From Ranitomeya imitator (Eukaryota): 64,000 bases of DNA. Each line of letters starts with the position of its first letter. Position 1 is the stretch's first letter. The position numbers were made by a program, and so were the translations under genes. The stretch lies in assembly GCF_032444005.1 (NCBI RefSeq), contig NC_091288.1, positions 213,280,001 through 213,344,000 on the forward strand, read 5' to 3'. Shown piece after piece: positions 27,801-37,400 of this stretch. Below the pieces are notes generated by a model, which saw only the letters and a list, made by a program, of their open reading frames with translations, searched no databases and had not been told where the DNA came from.

Positions 27801-30800
27801 TGAGTTACCTCCTGTATTATACTCCGGAGCTGCACTCACTGTGTACACACATTACTGTTACACTCCGGAGCTGCACTCACTGTGTACATACATTACTGTT
27901 ACACTCCGGAGCTGCGCTCACTGTGTACATACATTTCTGTTACACTCCGGAGCTGCACTCACTGTGTACATACATTACTGTTACACTCCGGAGCTGCTCT
28001 CACTGTGTACATACATTACTGTAACACTCCGGAGCTGCGCTCACTGTGTACATACATTACTGTTACACTCCGGAGCTGCGCTGTGTACATACATTACTGT
28101 AACACTCCGGAGATGCACTCACTGTGTCCATACATTACTGTTACACTCCGGAGCTGCGCTCACTGTGTCCATACATTACTGTTACACTCCGGAGCTACAC
28201 TCACTGTGTACATACATTCCTGTTACACTCCGGAGCTGCACTCACTGTGTACATACATTACTGTAACACTCCGGAGCTGCGCTCACTGTGTACATACATT
28301 ACTGTTACACTCCGGAGCTGCGCTCACTGTGTCCATACATTACTGTTACACTCCGGAGCTACACTCACTGTGTCCATACATTACTGTTACACTCCGGAGA
28401 TGCACTCACTGTGTACATACATTACTGTTACACTCCGGAGCTGCACTCACTGTGTCCATACATTACTGTTACACTCCGGAGCTGCGCTCACTGTGTCCAT
28501 ACATTACTGTTACACTCCGGAGCTGCGCTCACTGTGTCCATACATTACTGTTACACTCCGGAGCTGCACTCACTGTGTACATACATTCCTGTTACACTCC
28601 GGAGCTGCACTCACTGTGTACATACATTCCTGTTACACTCCGGAGCTGCACTCACTGTGTACATACATTACTGTTACACTCCGGAGCTGCGCTCACTGTG
28701 TACATACATTCCTGTTACACTCCGGAGGTGCACTCACTGTGTCCATACATTCCTGTTACACTCCGGAGGTGCACTCACTGTGTCCATACATTACTGTTAC
28801 ACTCCGGAGCTGCACTCACTGTGTACATACATTACTGTTACACTCCGGAGCTGCACTCACTGTGTACATACATTACTGTTACACTCCGGAGCTGCACTCA
28901 CTGTGTCCATACATTACTGTTACACTCCGGAGCTGCTCTCACTGTGTACATACATTACTGTAACACTCCGGAGCTGCGCTCACTGTGTCCATACATTACT
29001 GTTACACTCCGGAGCTGCGCTCACTGTGTCCATACATTACTGTTACACTCCGGAGCTGCGCTCACTGTGTCCATACATTACTGTTACACTCCGGAGCTGC
29101 GCTCACTGTGTACATACATTACTGTAACACTCCGGAGATGCACTCACTGTGTACATACATTACTGTTACACTCCGGAGCTGCGCTCACTGTGTCCATACA
29201 TTACTGTTACACTCCGGAGATGCACTCACTGTGTACATACATTACTGTTACACTCCGGAGCTGCACTCACTGTGTCCATACATTACTGTTACACTCCGGA
29301 GCTGCTCTCACTGTGTACATACATTACTGTAACACTCCGGAGCTGCGCTCACTGTGTCCATACATTACTGTTACACTCCGGAGCTGCGCTCACTGTGTCC
29401 ATACATTACTGTTACACTCCGGAGCTGCGCTCACTGTGTCCATACATTACTGTTACACTCCGGAGCTGCACTCACTGTGTACATACATTCCTGTTACACT
29501 CCGGAGCTGCACTCACTGTGTACATACATTCCTGTTACACTCCGGAGCTGCACTCACTGTGTACATACATTACTGTTACACTCCGGAGCTGCGCTCACTG
29601 TGTACATACATTCCTGTTACACTCCGGAGGTGCACTCACTGTGTACATACATTACTGTTACACTCCGGAGCTGCGCACATACATTACTGTTACACTCCGG
29701 AGCTGCACTCACTGTGTACATACATTCCTGTTACACTCCGGAGCTGCTCTCACTGTGTACATACATTACTGTTACACTCCGGAGCTGCGCTCACTGTGTA
29801 CATACATTACTGTTACACTCCGGAGCTGCGCTCACTGTGTACATACATTACTGTTACACTCCGGAGATGCACTCACTGTGTCCATACATTACTGTTACAC
29901 TCCGGAGCTACACTCACTGTGTCCATACATTACTGTTACACTCCGGAGCTGCACTCACTGTGTACATACATTCCTGTTACACTTCGGAGCTACACTCACT
30001 GTGTACCTACATTACTGTTACACTCCGGAGCTGCGCTCACTGTGTCCATACATTACTGTTACACTCCGGAGCTGCGCTCACTGTGTCCATACATTACTGT
30101 TACACTCCGGAGCTGCGCTCACTGTGTACATACATTACTGTTACACTCCGGAGCTGCGCTGTGTACATACATTACTGTAACACTCCGGAGCTGCGCTCAC
30201 TGTGTCCATACATTACTGTTACACTCCGGAGCTGCACTCACTGTGTACATACATTACTGTTACACTCCGGAGCTGCACTCACTGTGTACATACATTACTG
30301 TTACACTCCGGAGCTGCGCTGTGTACATACATTCCTGTTACACTCCGGAGCTGCGCTCACTGTGTACATACATTACTGTTACACTCCGGAGCTGCGCTCA
30401 CTGTGTACATACATTACTGTTACACTCCGGAGCTGTGCTCACTGTGTACATACATTACTGTTACACTCCGGAGCTGCGCTCACTGTGTACATACATTACT
30501 GTTACACTCCGGAGCTGCACTCACTGTGTACATACATTACTGTTACACTCCGGAGCTGCACTCACTGTGTACATACATTCCTGTTACACTTCGGAGCTAC
30601 ACTCACTGTGTACCTACATTACTGTTACACTCCGGAGCTGCACTCACTGTGTACATACATTACTGTTACACTCCGGAGCTGCACTCACTGTGTACATACA
30701 TTCCTGTTACACTCCGGAGCTGCACTCACTGTGTCCATACATTCCTGTTACACTCCGGAGCTGCACTCACTGTGTACATACATTCCTGTTACACTCCGGA

Positions 30801-32722
30801 GCTGCACTCACTGTGTACATACATTACTGTTACACTCCGGAGCTGCACTCACTGTGTACATACATTACTGTTACACTCCGGAGCTGCTCTCACTGTGTAC
30901 ATACATTACTGTTACACTCCGGAGCTGCGCTGTGTCCATACATTACTGTTACACTCCGGAGCTGCGCTCACTGTGTCCATACATTCCTGTTACACTCCGG
31001 AGCTGCGCTCACTGTGTCCATACATTACTGTTACACTCCGGAGCTGCTCTCACTGTGTCCATACATTCCTGTTACACTCCGGAGCTGCACTCACTGTGTC
31101 CATACATTCCTGTTACACTCCGGAGCTGCACTCACTGTGTACATACATTCCTGTTACACTCCGGAGCTGCACTCACTGTGTACATACATTACTGTTACAC
31201 TCCGGAGCTGCACTCACTGTGTACATACATTACTGTTACACTCCGGAGCTGCTCTCACTGTGTACATACATTACTGTTACACTCCGGAGCTGCGCTGTGT
31301 CCATACATTACTGTTACACTCCGGAGCTGCGCTCACTGTGTCCATACATTCCTGTTACACTCCGGAGCTGCGCTCACTGTGTCCATACATTACTGTTACA
31401 CTCCGGAGCTGCTCTCACTGTGTCCATACATTCCTGTTACACTCCGGAGCTGCACTCACTGTGTCCATACATTACTGTTACACTCCGGAGCTGCTCTCAC
31501 TGTGTCCATACATTCCTGTTACACTCCGGAGCTGCACTCACTGTGTCCATACATTACTGTTACACTCCGGAGCTGCTCTCACTGTGTCCATACATTCCTG
31601 TTACACTCCGGAGCTGCGCTCACTGTGTCCATACATTACTGTTACACTCCGGAGCTGCGCTCACTGTGTCCATACATTCCTGTTACACTCCGGAGCTGCA
31701 CTCACTGTGTACATACATTACTGTTACACTCCGGAGCTGCACTCACTGTGTACATACATTACTGTTACACTCCAGAGCTGCGCTCACTGTGTCCATACAT
31801 TACTGTTACACTCCGGAGCTGCGCTCACTGTGTCCATATATTACTGTTACACTCCGGAGCTGCGCTCACTGTGTCCATACATTCCTGTTACACTCCGGAG
31901 CTGCGCTCACCGTTGCTCAGGGCCTCGGCCTTCCGCTGCAGCGCCCCCAGGTACCTCAGGTAGTGCTTGGCGTTGTACTGCACAGGTGACAGGCCCGGGA
32001 CGCTCTCCACGGCTTCGTCTGCCATGAACGCCGCCATGTCCGGGGCGCCGGCTGACAGCACCGCTGGATTTGGGGGGGAAGGCAGAGGATTCTCAGTCAC
32101 ACCACGGTGGCACCGGGCTAACGTCACCATGGTAACCGCGGTGGGCGGGCCGCACTCACCGGACGCCGTGGCCGGGCCGACGCCCTTCAGCTGGCACAGC
32201 TCCTGGATGGCGGCGGACACGTCTGGCAGCAGCAGGAAGGCTCTCCCGGAGCAGCGCTCCACCGCACCCGCCGAGTTACACGACACCAGCTGCTTCAGGC
32301 GCGGACGAAACTTCCCCCTCTGCCGGACACAAAGGGGAAACCATGAGCGTCCTTAAAGGGGCGGTCACTCACCATGGCGACCGTGGGAAGAGGCCGGCGC
32401 TCACCGTCAGCTTCCACTCCATCAGCTTCTCCAGCTCCTCCAGCGTCAGGGACCTGTGCGGGCGAGCGGCCATGGCGGCCGGCAGCTCCTCCCGACACCT
32501 GCGCACATAACACAACCTTGTTATTTTTAACTCTTTCCCTCCGCAGCCATTCTTTTTGTGACTGACCCCCACGATGGCCGCCGCCGCCTCTCACCATTTC
32601 TCCAGCTCCAGGAGACGCTTCTGCTTCGCCGCCTTCGCCGCCACCACCTCCCAGTACACGGCGGACACGCGCTGCCACTTTTTCGGATCGCTGCAGTGGT
32701 AAAGGTCGGACCCGGAAGCCAT
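24898..32722 (-). CDS. Uncharacterised 225-aa helix-hairpin-helix (HhH-GPD-like) putative DNA glycosylase, probably nuclear (Amun-like family, from recall)
   Basis: Exons 32722-32595, 32498-32405, 32319-32160, 32063-31911 and 25040-24898 (678 nt). All introns are GT-AG, phases are consistent, and the start context is AAAATGG. Protein: MASGSDLYHCSDPKKWQRVSAVYWEVVAAKAAKQKRLLELEKWCREELPAAMAARPHRSLTLEELEKLMEWKLTRGKFRPRLKQLVSCNSAGAVERCSGRAFLLLPDVSAAIQELCQLKGVGPATASAVLSAGAPDMAAFMADEAVESVPGLSPVQYNAKHYLRYLGALQRKAEALSNASDEEWTPHRVELCLWTWKVAQQLCPKLLEFSDDEEENPPKRQKIQR. It contains the HhH motif LKGVGPATA and an NLS-like PPKRQK. Confidence 0.9.
25097..27830. repeat. 86-bp satellite (81-bp variants) in intron 4 of the HhH gene
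   Basis: Unit GATCCTGAGTTACCTCCTGTATTATACTCCAGAGCTGCACTCACTATTCTGCTGGTGCAGTCACTGTGTACATACATTACATTACT. ORF starts recur every 86 nt. Interrupted by a CR1 fragment. Confidence 0.95.
26438..27011 (-). mobile_element. 5'-truncated CR1-clade LINE (ORF2 C-terminus, 3' UTR and ACTATGTT tail)
   Basis: ORF 26541-26990 (EYCVQFWAP..KDIMELERVQRRATKLI..LGLFSLEKRRLRGDLITMYK..FFTVRAVRIWNCLP) is the typical CR1 ORF2 end. The short repeated tail lies at 26438-26455, and TGTA flanks both junctions. Confidence 0.92.
27826..31910. repeat. 41-bp satellite (CTCACTGTGTACATACATTACTGTTACACTCCGGAGCTGCA), about 100 units
   Basis: Direct periodicity. It abuts exon 4 of the HhH gene with no spacer and is a deletion derivative of the 86-bp unit. 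Confidence 0.97.
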
Positions 32723-33380
32723 TTTTGGTGGGATTTTTCTTTATTCACAGTAACAATAAGAAAAAAAATGTGGGAAAAAAAGGTAGAAAAACAATCACAA
32801 GATTATCCTGCGAGACAATGTCGCTAAGAATCTGCATAATCGGCGCCTCAATAGTGAAACCCCTGATGTTTACCTAATACTGCGCCACAGCAGCGTAGTC
32901 GGAAAAGTAAAGGGGAATTTTTTTTTTTTTTTTAAATAAAAAAAATGACGAATAACCGATTCCCCTGCACGTCCACACACAGAGCAGCCGCCTGTCACCG
33001 GCAAGGTCCTTCTCCCGCGCTCCTGAGCTGGCTCCTTAGTTTGGTTGGGTCACATGACTGCGTTCCAGCTCAGCTTTGCGTTCCACAAGAGGCCGAATGC
33101 TGATTGGCGTCTCCTGTTGCTTGTTTAGAAATCTGACCAATCAAAGACGAAGTAAGTCTAAACGCCAGAGGTTGCGCATTGCGAGCAAAAATTGTCGCCT
33201 TCTCCAAGGTCATTTTTGTTCAGACATTTTACCTATTGTTTTACGGATTATTTGCTCTACGACAAAATGGCCGCAACTGTACAAAGCACTGTTGTAAACG
33301 AGGACACGAATGTCAATGTTGTCAAATACGCTGTGTCAGTCGGCGGATGCCCCGGAAGTTCCGGCTGGAGGTTGTAGGTT
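32723..33380. promoter_or_regulatory. Putative CpG-rich bidirectional promoter (HhH gene / STUB1)
   Basis: Lies between divergent genes. Opposed CCAAT boxes (ATTGG 33103-33107, CCAAT 33137-33141), YY1-like AAAATGGCCGC (33264-33274) and ETS/GABP CCGGAAGT (33352-33359). Transcription start sites are not determinable from sequence. Confidence 0.65.
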
Positions 33381-33635
33381 CCAGAGACCCTGGGGCTGTC
33401 CGGGTCGGAGCTGTGTCAGTGCGGGAAGCCTGAGGGGGACAGGAAAAGCGGAATGCCATGTGACTGAGGACTGCGGGAGGTCAGGAGGGGGACATCCTTG
33501 CCGAATGTGACAGGGGGCACTGTAGGCAGCCCGGGACCCTCTGCATAGGGCCCTCCCCCTATTAGACTGTGTGAAGGGTGAGCTGTAGGGTCCCCCTCTG
33601 TAATACGCAGTCTACAGGTTCATAAATAGTCTCCT

Positions 33636-34165
33636 CCCCTTTTATATACAGTGTATAAGGTGTTATATAGTGTCCTCCCCTCTTATATACAGTGTATAAG
33701 GTGTTATATAGTGTCCTCCCCTCTTATATACAGTGTATAAGGTGTTATATAGTGTCCTCCCCTCTTATATACAGTGTATAAGGTGTCATATAGTGTCCTC
33801 CCCTCTTATATACAGTGTGTAAGGTGCTGTATAGTGTCCTCCTCTCTGATATAGTGTATAAGGTGCTGTATAGTGTCCTCTCCTCTTATATACAGTGTGT
33901 TATAGTGTCCTCCCCTCTTATATACAGTGTGTAGTGTGTTATATAGTGTCCTCCCCTGTTATATACAGTGTATAGGGTGTTGTATACTGTCCTCCCCTCT
34001 TATATACAGTGTGTTATATAGTGTCCTCCCCTTTTATATACAGTGTATAAGGTGTTATATAGTGTCCTCCCCTCTTATATACGGTGTATAGGGTGTTGTA
34101 TATTGTCCTCTCTTATATAGTGTATAAGGTTCTGTATAGTGTCCTCCCCTGTATTACACAGTGTA
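33636..34165. repeat. 41-bp minisatellite (GTGTTATATAGTGTCCTCCCCTCTTATATACAGTGTATAAG), probably in a 5'-UTR intron of STUB1
   Basis: About 13 degenerate units, unrelated to the other 41-bp array. Confidence 0.9.
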
Positions 34166-34434
34166 TAGGTTGTATTGAGATCTGAGCCTCTGGGGTCCTA
34201 CTTGCAACCCCCCGTGCTTTCTGGCTGCTATTATGAGGGTGTAGGGGGCCTTCGTCCTCCTGTCATGGTGCCCGCGACTTCTTATTAATTGTCCCCTGGA
34301 GGATAGACTTTGACTCTTGACATCACTGATAGAAGGGGGTCCCCTCCAGATTTAGGGGTCCCGTCTCTGCAGTGAAATTGGGGGTGGCACCAAGCATCCC
34401 CAGGTTTGGAGGGGTGACCCCCGGAGGTCCTGGG

Positions 34435-37400
34435 ATGAAGGGGAAGGAGGAGAGCGGGAGCGGCGGAGGTCGTCTATCTGGAGTCAGCGGCAGTCCGGGG
34501 GGCATTGGGGGGAGTCCAGAGAAGAGTGTCAGTGCCCAGGAGCTGAAGGAACAGGGCAACAGGCTGTTCGTAGCCAGAAAATACCAAGAAGCAGTTTCCT
34601 GCTACAGCAAAGCCATCGTAAGTGTCCACACAAGGAAAATACTCTGTGCTGCTGTGAGACCAGTATATGTGACCACTGACACCCACTTCTCATATGACAC
34701 CATCCTGTCCTCATCATGGTCACACGGGAATGGTCCCGACTTCACATTATCAATACCCTCACTCCCTGTAACACTCTGTGCTGCCGGGGACCCTCAGGAC
34801 ACCCCCTCTGTCATGTGCAGCCTTATCCTCCACATCATACACCTCTGCTGTAACACTCTGTGCTGCTGGGGACCCTCAGGACACCCCCCTCTGTCATGTG
34901 CAGCCTTATCCTCCACATCATACACCTCTGCTGTAACACTCTGTGCTGCTGGGGACCCTAAGGACACCCCCTCTGTCATGTGCAGCCTTATCCTCCACAT
35001 CATACACCTCTGCTGTAACACTCTGTGCTGCTGGGGACCCTCAGGACACCCCCTCTGTCATGTGCAGCCTTATCCTCCACATCATACACCTCTGCTGTAA
35101 CGCTCTGTGCTGCTGGGGACCCTCAGGACACCCCATCTGTCATGTGCAGCCTTATCCTCCACATTATACACCTCTGCTGTAACACTCTGTGCTGCTGGGG
35201 ACTCTCAGGACACCCCCTCTGTCATGTGCAGCGTTATCCTCTACATCATACACCTCTGCTGTAACACTCTGTGCTGCTGGGGACCCTCAGGACACCCCCT
35301 CTGTCATGTGCAGCCTTATCCTCCACATCATACACCTCTGCTGTAACACTCTGTGCTGCTGGGGACCCTAAGGACACCCCCTCTGTCATGTGCAGCCTTA
35401 TCCTCCACATCATACACCTCTGCTGTAACACTCTGTGCTGCTGGGGACCCTCAGGACACCCCCTCTGTCATGTGCAGCCTTATCCTCCACATCATACACC
35501 TCTGCTGTAACACTCTGTGCTGCTGGGGACCCTCAGGACACCCCCTCTGTCATGTGCAGCCTTATCCTCCACATCAAACACCTCTGCTGTAACACTCTGT
35601 GCTGCTGGGGACCCTCAGGACACCCCCTCTGTCATGTGCAGCCTTATCCTCCACATCATACACCTCTGCTGTAACACTCTGTGCTGCTGGGGACCCTCAG
35701 GACACCCCCTCTGTCATGTGCAGCCTTATCCTCCACATCAAACACCTCTGCTGTAACACTCTGTGCTGCTGGGGACCCTCAGGACACCCCCTCTGTCATG
35801 TGCAGCGTTATCCTCTACATCATACACCTCTGCTGTAACACTCTGTGCTGCTGGGGACCCTCAGGACACCCCCTCTGTCATGTGCAGCCTTATCCTCCAC
35901 ATTATACACCTCTGCTGTAACACTCTGTGCTGCTGGGGACCCTCAGGACACCCCATCTGTCATGTGCAGCCTTATCCTCCACATCTTACACCTCTGCTGT
36001 AACACTCTGTGCTGCCGGGGACCCTCAGGACACCCCCCTCTGTCATGTGCAGCCTTATCCTCCACATCATACACCTCTGCTGTAACACTCTGTGCTGCTG
36101 GGGACCCTAAGGACACCCCCTCTGTCATGTGCAGCCTTATCCTCCACATCATACACCTCTGCTGTAACACTCTGTGCTGCTGGGGACCCTCAGGACACCC
36201 CCTCTGTCATGTGCAGCCTTATCCTCCACATCATACACCTCTGCTGTAACACTCTGTGCTGCTGGGGACCCTCAGGACACCCCCTCTGTCATGTGCAGCC
36301 TTATCCTCCACATTATACACCTCTGCTGTAACACTCTGTGCTGCTGGGGACCCTAAGGACACCCCCTCTGTCATGTGCAGCCTTATCCTCCACATCATAC
36401 ACCTCTGCTGTAACACTCTGTGCTGCTGGGGACCCTCAGGACACCCCCTCTGTCATGTGCAGCCTTATCCTCCACATCATACACCTCTGCTGTAACACTC
36501 TGTGCTGCTGGGGACCCTAAGGACACCCCCTCTGTCATGTGCAGCCTTATCCTCCACATCATACACCTCTGCTGTAACACTCTGTGCTGCTGGGGACCCT
36601 CAGGACACCCCCTCTGTCATGTGCAGCCTTATCCTCCACATCATACACCTCTGCTGTAACACTCTGTGCTGCTGGGGACCCTCAGGACACCCCCTCTGTC
36701 ATGTGCAGCCTTATCCTCCACATCATACACCTCTGCTGTAACACTCTGTGCTGCCGGGGACCCTCAGGACACCCCCCTCTGTCATGTGCAGCCTTATCCT
36801 CCACATCAAACACCTCTGCTGTAACACTCTGTGCTGCTGGGGACCCTCAGGACACCCCCTCTGTCATGTGCAGCCTTATCCTCCACATCATACACCTCTG
36901 CTGTAACACTCTGTGCTGCTGGGGACCCTCAGGACACCCCCTCTGTCATGTGCAGCCTTATCCTCCACATCAAACACCTCTGCTGTAACACTCTGTGCTG
37001 CTGGGGACCCTCAGGACACCCCCTCTGTCATGTGCAGCGTTATCCTCTACATCATACACCTCTGCTGTAACACTCTGTGCTGCTGGGGACCCTCAGGACA
37101 CCCCCTCTGTCATGTGCAGCCTTATCCTCCACATTATACACCTCTGCTGTAACACTCTGTGCTGCTGGGGACCCTCAGGACACCCCATCTGTCATGTGCA
37201 GCCTTATCCTCCACATCTTACACCTCTGCTGTAACACTCTGTGCTGCTGGGGACCCTCAGGACACCCCCTCTGTCATGTGCAGCCTTATCCTCTACATCA
37301 TACACCTCTGCTGTAACACTCTGTGCTGCTGGGGACCCTCAGGACACCCCCTCCGTCATGTGCAGCCTTATCCTCCACATCATACACCTCTGCTGTAACA

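Noticed and set aside
27882-32027. 1381-aa Cys/His-rich ORF and its siblings, superficially zinc-finger-like
   Set aside because: A 41-bp satellite lacking plus-strand stops, antisense to the intron of a real gene.
34372-34434. N-terminal extension of STUB1 from the GTG at 34372
   Set aside because: The GTG overlaps a splice acceptor (TCTCTGCAG|TG). The ATG at 34435 matches the orthologous MKGKEE start.
34450-34520. Gly/Ser-rich insertion in the CHIP N-terminus
   Set aside because: Low-complexity length variation in a disordered tail, which is ordinary among orthologues.
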